IMG/VR virus record: IMGVR_UViG_3300024324_000009
Coordinates: 96,001 to 160,000 of that record
Reading direction: 5' to 3' (one strand)
Source of the DNA: a virus
Length of the DNA: 64,000 bases
Part shown: piece after piece, positions 9,895 through 19,886 of the stretch
How positions within the stretch are numbered: the first letter of the stretch is position 1
How the letters are laid out: every line of letters begins with the position of its first letter
Notes under the pieces: generated by a model
The model's database searches: none
What the model was told of the DNA's origin: nothing
Seen by the model: only the letters and a program-made list of their open reading frames with translations
Program-made: the position numbers and the translations under genes

Positions 9895-10884
9895 TTAATT
9901 TTTCCAGTAAGAATAAATATTTTTATCTATTTCATAAAAAGGCCAAATGAACCTTTCACGTTTAGGTTGCTTTTTAGCCCAATCCCACATATCAACTAGA
10001 CCTTCTTTTAGATCGGTCTTGTGTTCAAAATCTAATAAGTCTATAGATTTTTGGTAAGTAGCGAAAGCATGTTTTACTTCGTGTCTACTCTCTAAATGTT
10101 TTTTAGAACCATCTCCTATGATATTTAACAAAGTGTCACAGGCGAAATTTATAGAAAATTCTTTCATTCCTCCTAGATTAATAATTTGCTTAGATGCTCT
10201 GGAGTCAACCGCTGATTTAAATAGTGGTTCTACGCTGTCATTAATATGGCTGAATGCTCTTGTCTGATGACCATCTCCAAATATAGTCATAGGTTCATTG
10301 TTTAATGCCTGATACATCCATATTCCTAATACGTTTCTGTATTTATCCCAAATGTTCTGTTTGCGACCATAAACATTATGGGGTCTAATAACACACCAAT
10401 CTAAACCGTGTTGCTCTCCTGCTATGCGTATATCGCACTCAGCAGCATATTTAGCGACTCCATATGGATCAATAGGCATAGGCTGCATATCTTCATCGAA
10501 TGGTGCTTCTAAGTTACCATATGTAGCCATAGTAGAAGTAAATACAAGTCTCTCTACTCCATTCATGATACAGCAGTTGACCACATTTGCGGTTGCCTTG
10601 AGATTATTTTCATAATTAAAACATCTAATAAAAGGACTCAATCCTTCCGCTGCATAAGCGGCTAGATGAAATACATAATCCGGTTTAATTCTAGCAAAAT
10701 AGTTCTTAAAGTCAGAGTGGTTGCAACTAATTTTATTATGGTTTACGCGAGGGTCTATATTGTTTTCATATCCTCCACTCATATCATCAGCACCATAGAC
10801 TATCCAATCTGTACTATCTAATATATAGTCTGCTAAGTTAGAGCCTAGAAGTCCAGCATTACCAGTTATTAAGCATTTTGTCAT
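9895..10884 (-). CDS. NAD-dependent nucleotide-sugar epimerase/dehydratase
   Basis: ITGNAGLLG, HLAA, PYGVAK (YxxxK), NVYG, GDG.QTRAF. Confidence 0.92.
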   Translation of the reverse strand: MTKCLITGNAGLLGSNLADYILDSTDWIVYGADDMSGGYENNIDPRVNHNKISCNHSDFKNYFARIKPDYVFHLAAYAAEGLSPFIRCFNYENNLKATANVVNCCIMNGVERLVFTSTMATYGNLEAPFDEDMQPMPIDPYGVAKYAAECDIRIAGEQHGLDWCVIRPHNVYGRKQNIWDKYRNVLGIWMYQALNNEPMTIFGDGHQTRAFSHINDSVEPLFKSAVDSRASKQIINLGGMKEFSINFACDTLLNIIGDGSKKHLESRHEVKHAFATYQKSIDLLDFEHKTDLKEGLVDMWDWAKKQPKRERFIWPFYEIDKNIYSYWKN

Positions 10885-10892
10885 TGTTGCCT

Positions 10893-11663
10893 CTATATCA
10901 TTTTAGAATTATTTATTGGGTTGTGCTTCGGTTGATTTTGCCATTTAGTAGCAAAAAACTTTTTACATTCTGCCTCTATCGACTGCTCTTTAACTTTAGC
11001 TTCTGTACTCTTTCTGCTTACTGAAACGAAATGATAAAAGGCACATTCATAAGTTCTTAGCATTTTCCATCCGTTGAGTTCACACTTTAAGAAAAAATCC
11101 CAATCAGTGTATGAACCTGTTAAGGTAGGATATTCTATATCAAAACCTCCACAAGACATATAATTCAACCTACTCATATATATGGGATAGGTAGAGCCTG
11201 TGTCTTCAATCAGGTCTTTCCTTTGGGACTTTTCAAACTTCCAAAAACCTTCTAGGTCAAATTTTGCTGGGTCTTTACCACAGTCCTTAATAATAAACTG
11301 ACTAAACATACTGTTGTAAGGTTCAATCTGGTTAGGTGCTATGACTGAATTTGTGACATCTAGCTTTCCCAAAATAGTGTCCCATTCCTTGGGGAAAACA
11401 TTGTCATCATTTGTAATAAGCACACGCTTATTTTTAGCTAAAGACACTCCAAGGTTTTGTGCTCTGGTCATTCCAACATTGTTAGGTAGGACGACAGGGT
11501 GTATTTGGCTGTAGTATTTACTGAGAACATCTGTATTGACCTCAAGGGTTCCATCAACAACAACTAATATCTCGTTGAGTTTTTCCTGTCCTTCAATAAC
11601 AGACCGTAAACATAAGTCTAATGCTTGAGGAGTCTTAAATGTTGGTATAATTACACTAATCAT
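10893..11663 (-). CDS. GT2 glycosyltransferase
   Basis: ISVIIPT, VVVDG, N.G, NDD, GGFD; start refined to MISVIIP. Confidence 0.88.
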   Translation of the reverse strand: MISVIIPTFKTPQALDLCLRSVIEGQEKLNEILVVVDGTLEVNTDVLSKYYSQIHPVVLPNNVGMTRAQNLGVSLAKNKRVLITNDDNVFPKEWDTILGKLDVTNSVIAPNQIEPYNSMFSQFIIKDCGKDPAKFDLEGFWKFEKSQRKDLIEDTGSTYPIYMSRLNYMSCGGFDIEYPTLTGSYTDWDFFLKCELNGWKMLRTYECAFYHFVSVSRKSTEAKVKEQSIEAECKKFFATKWQNQPKHNPINNSKMI

Positions 11664-11994
11664 ATTGTCTGTAGTATTCTCCTGTGTCAATAGTTTTCTT
11701 AGAGACACTAAACTTCATTGACATACTGTCTGTGAAAGGTACGCAAAAAACAGATTCATTTTTAGTGTACCAGCCATATTCGCATTCTGTAGGCTCCCCT
11801 ATTATAAATACAGGCTTAGAGTCTACCACTATTGCACCCAGATATAAAGGCCTAACACAAACCTGTACAAAGTTGTCAAATAGTTCTATAAAATCTTCTG
11901 TGTCTGCCCAGTTGTTCAGAGATTCCTCCGACTTATATTCTGAGGATTCTTTACAAAAGGGGAACATATGTATTATGTAGCGTAACTTATCCAT
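11656..11994 (-). CDS. hypothetical protein
   Basis: 112-aa ORF coupled to neighbours. Confidence 0.55.
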   Translation of the reverse strand: MDKLRYIIHMFPFCKESSEYKSEESLNNWADTEDFIELFDNFVQVCVRPLYLGAIVVDSKPVFIIGEPTECEYGWYTKNESVFCVPFTDSMSMKFSVSKKTIDTGEYYRQYD

Positions 11995-12626
11995 TATCTT
12001 TTAATGCTTTCATATAATTCGTTTTGTTGGCGTTGCTTATTAATCTCTTTACTATGTATTAATGCACATTGTGGATTTTGCGGAAACCCTCCCATTTCTT
12101 TGTATCCTACAATTTGTTCGTGGACGTTACCTTCCCATCTAATGTTGCCGTTATTTTTAAATATTCTTGGCTGATAGTCAGGCCAGTTAATCCATCCGTT
12201 TTCATTGATGTTCCAGCTATATTTCTTAACGTCTTCTTCTGTGTGGCCTTCTACTGTATTGATACGAGGAACATATAACATGTCAACTTCTTCTGTTAGT
12301 TGACTTTTCCATATTTCGATTGTTTCCACAGAAGCGTATTCGTCTGCATCGAAATTTATAATCCAATCTTTATTAGCTAATCCATTGGTAAAATTTTTCA
12401 TTTCAGCAAACCTTTTATCAAAATGATACCTCATGTATGTATCTGCTACTTGCTGTGAGTATTGACGGATATCTACATCTAAGTTTGTCTGTTTTTCTTT
12501 TTCTTCTCTAAAAGTATGCACGATAATTATTTCATCATTATGTGACCTAACCTGTTTGAGAAGTGGAAGGAGAGTCTTTAGTTCTTTTAACTCGTTATAA
12601 ACTGTTACAGTGTACGATATGCTCAT
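11994..12626 (-). CDS. GT2 glycosyltransferase
   Basis: ISYTVTVYNE, FDADE, PDYQPRIF, WEGNVHE. Confidence 0.88.
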   Translation of the reverse strand: MSISYTVTVYNELKELKTLLPLLKQVRSHNDEIIIVHTFREEKEKQTNLDVDIRQYSQQVADTYMRYHFDKRFAEMKNFTNGLANKDWIINFDADEYASVETIEIWKSQLTEEVDMLYVPRINTVEGHTEEDVKKYSWNINENGWINWPDYQPRIFKNNGNIRWEGNVHEQIVGYKEMGGFPQNPQCALIHSKEINKQRQQNELYESIKR

Positions 12627-13225
12627 TGATTCCTCTTATGGTTTACGGTAGCTAATCTTGGGTCTGGCGTTAAAGCCCCTGACTTTTTAGCCCCTTTAAT
12701 TGAGATGCCACTTTCCTGCTGCTCCCAGATAAGACCAGAACTTTTTTTAATAATTCTAGGCTGATTATCAGGCCAGTTGATCCACCCCTTTTCATTAAGT
12801 CTTAATCCGTATCGTTCTTCTTTTTCTTTTTGACTAATTGTATCATCAATATTTACTCTGGGAGTCCAAAATATATCGTATTCGGGCTCATTCTTGATTA
12901 CATTGTTCCATAGGGCAAGTGTCTGTGCAGTTAAAAATTCATTGGCATCTAACAAGAAAACATAATCTTTAGTAGCTAAGTCACAAACATAGTTTTTTAA
13001 GTGAGTTATATCATTTTTATTTTTATAGTTACAATATGTGTCAAAATTATCCATCAGATATTCTTTGATCTCTACATGGACAGAATCATTCATTTCGTGG
13101 TCTTCACGGTAAAGATGCACAGCTATAGTCTCATCTTGAACCTTTTTGCAGACTTCTAAAGTATAGTGAAGTCTTTTGACATCATTCAACTCATCTTGTA
13201 CAACTACAGTATATGATATGGACAT
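12623..13225 (-). CDS. diverged GT2 paralog of 11994..12626
   Basis: MSISYTV, PRVN, GWINWPD.QPRI shared; DxD reads DAN; VHE motif lost. Confidence 0.75.
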   Translation of the reverse strand: MSISYTVVVQDELNDVKRLHYTLEVCKKVQDETIAVHLYREDHEMNDSVHVEIKEYLMDNFDTYCNYKNKNDITHLKNYVCDLATKDYVFLLDANEFLTAQTLALWNNVIKNEPEYDIFWTPRVNIDDTISQKEKEERYGLRLNEKGWINWPDNQPRIIKKSSGLIWEQQESGISIKGAKKSGALTPDPRLATVNHKRNQ

Positions 13226-13255
13226 TGGCTTATTTCCTTGATAGTAGATATACTT

Positions 13256-13283
13256 ATAATAGGCTTATTCTGCTGTTTGTCAA
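13256..13283 (-). promoter_or_regulatory. sigma70-type promoter TTGACA-N16-TATTAT heading the glycosylation operon
   Basis: read directly. Confidence 0.65.
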
Positions 13284-13288
13284 GTATT

Positions 13289-14950
13289 TTAAGGCTCAGG
13301 AAAAGGTGGTAAATCAGGGCTATAATAACCTGAAATTACAGACCCCGGGTTGCCTTCACCGGGAAGTTCACCGTACCATTCATCTACCTCTATAATACAG
13401 TCAGTGACAACGATAGTATCATAAGCATATACCTTGTTGATTTTACCGTTTGCTCTTAGAAATGTCCCATCAGCTTTTTCATACAGTGTTCCTATTCGGA
13501 AAGCATCCTGATCTCTGATATCACAGTTGCCGATAAAGGTGCCAAAATTTACCGTATTATTACTGAAAAGTTCACACTTACCACGAAAAGTTCCTATGTT
13601 AATACTGGAGAATATAGTATATAATGTGTTATCTAAATATAAATTTAAAGAATCAGCCTTAATATTGGAGTACCTAGCGGTAATAGTGCCTCCCACAATA
13701 AGATCATTATTAGCGTTTTCTACATTTAAAGTTGAGCTCACTAAGTTACATCCATTATAAATCAGGCCTCCTAGGCCTCCTACAGTAATTGTACTGTCGT
13801 GACATTCTATGTTTTGACAAACAAGTTCACCACAAGACAATGCTGATATTTCGTTCATAACGATGTCATCATCCACATAAATAGTTTGAGGTGCGGAGAC
13901 TTTGGTATCATACAATTCAAGACTTGGGAAAACTAGATATCCTGCACCTCCTGCTGGTAGATCATAAGCCTTTATGTTGCTGTGGCTATACACGCAGTTT
14001 GTACTCATGCTGTCGTAATCAAACACTGGCTCCTGTAGATCAGGCCTTTTTACGGGTGGTGCAGACAACTTGGGCCGGTCCTGAGTACCGACCTTGTCAT
14101 AGGAAACTAAATCCATTTTATAAACTTCAAGGTCTTGAAATGTAAGCCTGTACGCTAGCGGTTGTACAAAGTATGCGTGATACCATTGTTCTTCAGCAGT
14201 CAAGGTGTTATTAATAAATCTAATTTTTTGGTTCATTACTGTTTGCTCTACAGGAATACCATCTTCTCTATTTGGTATTTTACTTCTGTCTTGACCATCA
14301 ATTATTAAATAGCATCCATAGTTTCGTGATTCCATAGGGTTTTCAAAGCTAGCAAAAAAAGCGGCATCCTCTTCTTCTACTGGAGGTGGAGAATCCAAGT
14401 TGATTGCAAAAAAGTTCATATTATTACAAAGTATAGTCCCTCCATTCACCCAAGAACATATATATGCTTCTCCTTTAGGTAGACCATAAAAACTTATTTC
14501 GCATTCATCTAGGATGTTAGTGTAAGATATGTTGTTATTTATGGCGTTCACAGCGTCCCAATATTCATAAGACTTGCTGTCTTCATAGTCTGATGCAGGT
14601 TCCCACTCACTACTTGTCTGTACTTCTCCTAAAGTCTCTGGGTCTGAAATACCAAACAACGTACTTGCTTGTGCCTCTGTTCTTAATTCTTTAGGAGTGT
14701 CTGATTCTTCTCCGTTTTCATCTTCTTCATAAACACATGATGGTACTGGAAACAACTTTTCCATAAAAGTTACACATGCTTGACTATTAGAAAGCCTATA
14801 TTTGTCTGTAAACGTAACAGACCCTCCTTGTATAAAACACCTATTTAAGTCTACAAGATCAAACTCTGATTTTACAGGAAGTGAGAAAGTGCAGTCCTGA
14901 TCTACCAAGTCTGTAACTGTGGTAAAATTTTCTACTTCAAATCTATCCAT
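13289..14950 (-). CDS. acidic hypothetical protein with beta-helix-like C-terminus, possibly virion
   Basis: 553 aa; G/N/I-rich short-strand periodicity in the last third; TAATG coupling. Confidence 0.55.
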   Translation of the reverse strand: MDRFEVENFTTVTDLVDQDCTFSLPVKSEFDLVDLNRCFIQGGSVTFTDKYRLSNSQACVTFMEKLFPVPSCVYEEDENGEESDTPKELRTEAQASTLFGISDPETLGEVQTSSEWEPASDYEDSKSYEYWDAVNAINNNISYTNILDECEISFYGLPKGEAYICSWVNGGTILCNNMNFFAINLDSPPPVEEEDAAFFASFENPMESRNYGCYLIIDGQDRSKIPNREDGIPVEQTVMNQKIRFINNTLTAEEQWYHAYFVQPLAYRLTFQDLEVYKMDLVSYDKVGTQDRPKLSAPPVKRPDLQEPVFDYDSMSTNCVYSHSNIKAYDLPAGGAGYLVFPSLELYDTKVSAPQTIYVDDDIVMNEISALSCGELVCQNIECHDSTITVGGLGGLIYNGCNLVSSTLNVENANNDLIVGGTITARYSNIKADSLNLYLDNTLYTIFSSINIGTFRGKCELFSNNTVNFGTFIGNCDIRDQDAFRIGTLYEKADGTFLRANGKINKVYAYDTIVVTDCIIEVDEWYGELPGEGNPGSVISGYYSPDLPPFPEP

Positions 14951-17049
14951 TAAAAACACCCTTTTCCTTCTAAGTGAATTATGTGATATCCCGGTGGTTT
15001 TGCCACATTAACTTTAAGATAACCTAGATATGGTTCCCATTGTATATTTATGGTCGCGTTGTTCTCCGAGTCCAGACAGTTTATTGGTATGGCAGATGTC
15101 TCTATGTCTTGATGTGCCGTTGCATGTTTATGTGCTCTTTTCTTAAATGCTCTGTCCTTGTACATATTACCTTCAAGACGATCTAGTTCTCCTTCATTAT
15201 TAAAGGCTTTACCCCAACCCCATATAAATTCTAAATCTAAAGGTAGATAGCAGTCTCCTTCAAAGTCCTCGGCCTCACATTCATCGTCTCGTTCATGAGA
15301 AGGTATTTTGCAATAAGCCTTACTCTCTGAAAGCAAATCTGCTGTAACATGAGTAGGGATATTTTGAGAATAGTGCAACAAATCATCTCCCTTGTTACTT
15401 TGGGTGAAACGAGGATTAAGAGAGAGAGCAAATAACATACCGAAAGCACTTTGTCTTTCAGCACAAAAGTAAGGTAGACAGTTGGGATAAATAGGAACTC
15501 CTTGACATCCCTCATACTCTAGTATAACAAAAGGATCAGTACAGTCTATTCCTTCGTTGGCTGGGCAAACAGTTTGCCTACAGGCATAATAGTCGCTACC
15601 ATTCATGTATCTAATCATGTCTTTCAAAACGGTTTCGGTAACTAAAAACGAACCGTCTGGTAATGGCCCCCAGTTTGGTTCACCTCCAGTAATCCAATTT
15701 CCTAATGGACATTGTAGAACATACACACATTCGTCAAACTCTAGTCTTCTATCGTCATAGCCTATAATGCTATACATGGTATACCATATTCTATCTGGAT
15801 ATGCTAAACCTTGACTATCTCTTCTATTGGGAAAACCTACGTTAGTAAACAAAGCTACGCCTTCTCCGTTCCAGAGTAGTTGCTTTATTGTTCTAAGATA
15901 TGCTTCGTAGTCACTGGATGAACTTGGCATTCCTGCTTTGCCGTTTACGCTTACATCTAGCATAAGAGGTACTGTAGCCCTTATTCTTTCTATCTTTTCT
16001 TCTTGTTTTAAGTTGGGACTATCAGGATCAGTAGTCTTTGGCTTCATTGTTTGATAGTTCCAGCCGTTGCGTTCCTGTAGCCATTCAAAGAATAGGCCTT
16101 TATCAATAGTGTTTAATCTATCTGCTTGATTGTTTCTGAGGTTGCATATACCTGAATATTCTCTTCTTTCTAAAACTCCTATGTGATACATTTTTTCATC
16201 TTGTCTACCTGATAATAAGTCTCCTCTCTGCGAACCGTCTTGAGAAGGAACCCAGTATGCGAACTGTATATATCTACCCTCAAATGTAGCAGTTCTATCA
16301 AACCCACAACACTCACTATAGTATTCTGGAGTTCCGGGTTTACAGCAAGGGTCATTTTCAGGAGGTGGGTCTATTGGTGGGCAGCAGCCACACGATCTAC
16401 ACTTTGGCTGGTCTTCACCAGCACATGTTACGCATGAATGTGCGGCTCCCGGCACACCTTGGGCTCCGGGCCAACAACTCATTACTCCTACTGTAGGAGA
16501 CCTTACTTCAAGTACGTCTTGTGGTTCTAGAGTTTGTCCTACTTCTTCTGCTGATATTAAATCTGGCCCCATCATCAACATATTGTCTGGTATGCTGTTC
16601 CATCCCCAGTATGTCATGTATTCAGTAGCCATTCTGTGAAAACTTTTTGAGAAATTGTTATCTCCTACATAGTGACAAGCCCTCATAGTGTCCGCAGAGT
16701 TCCTGAAAGCATGTGCTACTGCGGCTTGTGGGATTGAGCAACATTCTTTATAAGCCCCGCCATCTAATTGTTCTAAAAATTTAAATGGCAATACTAATTG
16801 GTATTCATGGTCATTATTAGTTGCACTGTATAGTGTAGAATCTGCTGCGGCACTAAAGCAAGGATATTTTAAAATAGATACTGCATCAACAATTCTAGCT
16901 AGCCAGTAAGCAGCAGAAACTCCCTGTGGATAAGTACCGAATACTTCAGAGTTGCTGTTGTCTGCAAAGTAATCAATTTTTCTAGGCGATGTTGGGCTAG
17001 GATCACAAGGGTTTCTTGTAAGTGCCTCATATAGTTCATCTGGAGTCAT
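14950..17049 (-). CDS. Cys-rich inactive paralog of the papain-like peptidase at 19887..20813
   Basis: colinear motif matches, e.g. WGPLPDGSFLV vs WGPIPDGSFLI; catalytic residues replaced. Confidence 0.75.
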   Translation of the reverse strand: MTPDELYEALTRNPCDPSPTSPRKIDYFADNSNSEVFGTYPQGVSAAYWLARIVDAVSILKYPCFSAAADSTLYSATNNDHEYQLVLPFKFLEQLDGGAYKECCSIPQAAVAHAFRNSADTMRACHYVGDNNFSKSFHRMATEYMTYWGWNSIPDNMLMMGPDLISAEEVGQTLEPQDVLEVRSPTVGVMSCWPGAQGVPGAAHSCVTCAGEDQPKCRSCGCCPPIDPPPENDPCCKPGTPEYYSECCGFDRTATFEGRYIQFAYWVPSQDGSQRGDLLSGRQDEKMYHIGVLERREYSGICNLRNNQADRLNTIDKGLFFEWLQERNGWNYQTMKPKTTDPDSPNLKQEEKIERIRATVPLMLDVSVNGKAGMPSSSSDYEAYLRTIKQLLWNGEGVALFTNVGFPNRRDSQGLAYPDRIWYTMYSIIGYDDRRLEFDECVYVLQCPLGNWITGGEPNWGPLPDGSFLVTETVLKDMIRYMNGSDYYACRQTVCPANEGIDCTDPFVILEYEGCQGVPIYPNCLPYFCAERQSAFGMLFALSLNPRFTQSNKGDDLLHYSQNIPTHVTADLLSESKAYCKIPSHERDDECEAEDFEGDCYLPLDLEFIWGWGKAFNNEGELDRLEGNMYKDRAFKKRAHKHATAHQDIETSAIPINCLDSENNATINIQWEPYLGYLKVNVAKPPGYHIIHLEGKGCF

Positions 17050-17962
17050 TCGTAACCTTTGTTATTGTGTTCTCAGAAGTCTTTTTGTATATCTCTTTTT
17101 TTCTAGGTCTTTTATGTTTCCATATGATAGCCAACTGATCCAAATTTTCTTCTACTATATTGCCACAGATTGAACTGTCGCTATGACAATAAACTTCATT
17201 ATTTTTAGTAACCACTATTTGTTTAGGAGAATTAATTCCGTTCACGGTAATAGTAGACATAGTTATAGGATATAGGTTTCCTAAATAGCCAAAAATTCTT
17301 TCTAAAGCATGAATATAAGTTGCTACACAAAGACCATGAACATCCTGATCTTTGACTGTTCGACCAAGCTCTTTATTATCTATCATAAGCCCTTCTATAT
17401 AATCTACAACCTCTTTATTAAAATATTTTAAATATGTTTCAGAACAGCCTGCAAACATAGTGCCTCCAACAAAATGACTATAATTATCGAAAGGTATGCC
17501 TAGTTCATCCATGAGGAAGTGTATATAGGGTTTGTGGCATCTATCGTGGTTCATCAGCATGGAAAGAGGGCCTATACTATCTATAAAAGGATTATCCAAC
17601 AATAGACAGTTTTGTCTTAGTATTTTTGGACTACCTAATAGTTCATATACTAATATTTCTTTCCAGTGGCAGAATCTATGGAGTAGGCTTTTTTTACTAT
17701 GTATTTTAAAGAAATACTTATAATGCGATGCATATTTTACTAGACTTCTTAGAAAGGGCAATATGTCTCCACCGACATTATCTACGTAATCAATCTGAGG
17801 ATTCAAGTCACTTAACATGGTTACTGTAACATCACAGTCTACTGAATCAGGCAGTGTGATATATATATCTACCATGTCTTTAATAGGGAAGAGGTAGTCG
17901 TAAAAATATTTTGCTTGATCTTGATGATACAGATGTAAAAATACTGCTGTTTTATTTCTCAT
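17036..17962 (-). CDS. rhamnan synthesis protein F (RgpF)-family protein
   Basis: HLYH.D, N.G.DILPFL, KIHSKKS, F.GGTMF, HALERIFG. Confidence 0.85.
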   Translation of the reverse strand: MRNKTAVFLHLYHQDQAKYFYDYLFPIKDMVDIYITLPDSVDCDVTVTMLSDLNPQIDYVDNVGGDILPFLRSLVKYASHYKYFFKIHSKKSLLHRFCHWKEILVYELLGSPKILRQNCLLLDNPFIDSIGPLSMLMNHDRCHKPYIHFLMDELGIPFDNYSHFVGGTMFAGCSETYLKYFNKEVVDYIEGLMIDNKELGRTVKDQDVHGLCVATYIHALERIFGYLGNLYPITMSTITVNGINSPKQIVVTKNNEVYCHSDSSICGNIVEENLDQLAIIWKHKRPRKKEIYKKTSENTITKVTNDSR

Positions 17963-18200
17963 TTAATTTATTATACAGTACTAACGCTAGTACACTACCT
18001 GCTACACCAGCAAAAATACCTGCTGGTTCTATGACAGAATATGATCCTAGCATATATAATCCTGCTCCTCCCATATATGATCCTATGACTCCTAAAGCTA
18101 CAGTTTTAATAAATCCAAAGTTTTCTTCGCCGGGAACTATAGTTTTAGCTATTGATCCTACAAAAATACCGTATACCGCCCATATAAATAAACTAAACAT
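17952..18200 (-). CDS. GlsB/YeaQ/YmgE (transglycosylase-associated) membrane protein
   Basis: W...G...G.IAK.I.PG, T.ALG..GS..GG; three hydrophobic segments. Confidence 0.85.
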   Translation of the reverse strand: MFSLFIWAVYGIFVGSIAKTIVPGEENFGFIKTVALGVIGSYMGGAGLYMLGSYSVIEPAGIFAGVAGSVLALVLYNKLNEK

Positions 18201-18576
18201 TTGAGGCCTCCAGTAAAGCAATAAGGTCTTCCTCTTTCATAGTTGCTGCTTCATCCAATATAGCATTAACTAGAGAAGCTGAATTTTTTTTATAATCTTC
18301 AGGCTTGAGTTCTCTCCTTAGTACTCGTTTAATTTTCATCTTTGTAAACCAGCCTCGTCTCACACTAAAGTTTCTGACACGATTGGCATAAAACATTTTA
18401 TCTTTATCTTTATTGCACTCTTGTATAATTCTAATAAGAGTAAGCATCACGCTAATAACCATGATTACAGCTATTACGCTACCATGTTCATCAGACTCTA
18501 CATTATCATCGGATTGATAGTTCGCCTTTTCTAAAACACGGGCAGCGATTTCTTTAAGTTTTTCTTGATTTTCCAT
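18193..18576 (-). CDS. membrane protein, hypothetical
   Basis: hydrophobic segment SVIAVIMVISVMLTLIRIIQEC; start refined to MENQEK. Confidence 0.65.
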   Translation of the reverse strand: MENQEKLKEIAARVLEKANYQSDDNVESDEHGSVIAVIMVISVMLTLIRIIQECNKDKDKMFYANRVRNFSVRRGWFTKMKIKRVLRRELKPEDYKKNSASLVNAILDEAATMKEEDLIALLEASNV

Positions 18577-18595
18577 TATGTTCTCTATACTGGGT

Positions 18596-18829
18596 TTAAG
18601 GTTCACAATACTGACAGTTAATTTTTGCAATTCCATCACCGCTCCAGTACCAGCCTTTGCCCTCACAAACGGGACAATCTTTTCTTTTGTATTTTTCAGC
18701 TATCTCTATTGATTGAGAAGCCTTTATAACGGCACCTACTAATGTAGTAACCGCAGTTGTGCTGTATTTGGGTAGTGTAGATACTGCAACCATAGAAGCA
18801 AGTACACCGCATAAAATAACTCTACTCAT
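18596..18829 (-). CDS. small membrane/exported protein with DnaJ-like zinc finger
   Basis: hydrophobic N-terminus; CPVCEGKG...CQYC. Confidence 0.65.
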   Translation of the reverse strand: MSRVILCGVLASMVAVSTLPKYSTTAVTTLVGAVIKASQSIEIAEKYKRKDCPVCEGKGWYWSGDGIAKINCQYCEP

Positions 18830-18858
18830 TTGTTCATCCTATCTTTCTTGTTAAATAA

Positions 18859-18969
18859 AATAACGCCACTCCCTGAACTTTGTATCAGTTTTGATAATGT
18901 CGGGAGGTATGATCCACCTTAATATAAGGACAAAATTATTTGTGAACCAGACTGTTTAGTGACGTTATT
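18859..18969 (-). ncRNA. candidate structured RNA (multi-stem junction)
   Basis: closing stem AATAACGTCACT/AGTGGCGTTATT; inner stems TGGTTCAC/GTGGATCA, CCTTA/TAAGG, TCCC/GGGA, TATCA/TGATA. Confidence 0.45.
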
Positions 18970-19126
18970 CTTTCTTAAAAATATTTTTTAGTTTGTCTAT
19001 AATTGGTCTTTTTTTCTCAGGTTTTGTTATGTCGTCATTAGGCTGAAACATTTTTAGCAAAGCCAATATAAAGTCGCCAATAATTTTAATTAATCTATTC
19101 ATAGCAATTTTATCTATGATACTCAT
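18965..19126 (-). CDS. small hypothetical protein (53 aa)
   Basis: MSIIDKIAMNRLIKIIGDFILALLKMF...KKE; TAATG coupling. Confidence 0.6.
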   Translation of the reverse strand: MSIIDKIAMNRLIKIIGDFILALLKMFQPNDDITKPEKKRPIIDKLKNIFKKE

Positions 19127-19875
19127 TAGGTCACCTTTGTATAAGTTACGGAACTTCCTGTTAAAAGAGCAATGCTGTCATTTCCAACAAAATTATGATT
19201 TGTAACTATCTCTAGTTGTAGAGTTAAGTCTCCACCAGAATCATTCTTTACATAGAACTGTTGTTGTGAAGTGACTGTGCATGGTACATTAAATATAGAA
19301 GACGGATTATTTCCAAAACTAACCCAAGTACCAGTATTTGCAATTTGCTGAGTAGCGTCCTGATGGAGTTCTAGGTGCTCTTTTGATATTGCTTCATAAT
19401 GCACCCAGTTTCCTCTTGTAATAAATTGGTCACTATCAAGTCCTCCACTTATAGCAGATTGTTGAGTACTAGTCAAACCGTTTCCTATATTAAAAACAAA
19501 ATGAGTGCTTACCATATACTGAGTACCATCAGCAATGGTTTGTGCTAATTCTAGTGGCGTAATAATGGTATTCTGTGCAAGAGAGTAGTTTTGTGTGGCT
19601 ACCTTGATAGGAAATATGTCTTGACCAATGGTGTCCGTAGCAGCAGATATAGTTACTGTCTCAGGACTGTCTGCATCTGGTGCAGCATTTGTTGTCAAAG
19701 TTACACCGTCTCCTTGTACCAGTAAGTCACTTGGTTTGACTGACTGTGCAACAAAACGATTGACATCAACCTTCATAGTTTCTGGTACATCACTAACTCC
19801 TGTTACTACACAGAGCAAGTCATCTGTAGCTATAGTAGGTGCTTCAGGCAATTCTGTAATCTTAGCGTCTGCCAT
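19126..19875 (-). CDS. putative virion fibre/appendage protein
   Basis: N-terminal MAD.KITELP motif common in phage structural proteins; T/S/G-rich. Confidence 0.6.
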   Translation of the reverse strand: MADAKITELPEAPTIATDDLLCVVTGVSDVPETMKVDVNRFVAQSVKPSDLLVQGDGVTLTTNAAPDADSPETVTISAATDTIGQDIFPIKVATQNYSLAQNTIITPLELAQTIADGTQYMVSTHFVFNIGNGLTSTQQSAISGGLDSDQFITRGNWVHYEAISKEHLELHQDATQQIANTGTWVSFGNNPSSIFNVPCTVTSQQQFYVKNDSGGDLTLQLEIVTNHNFVGNDSIALLTGSSVTYTKVT

Positions 19876-19886
19876 AATTTATCCCT

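Noticed and set aside
18870-18910. TPP-riboswitch-like words (CCCTGAAC...GATAATG) on the plus strand
   Set aside because: The CTGAGA element is missing and the orientation is opposite to the flanking genes
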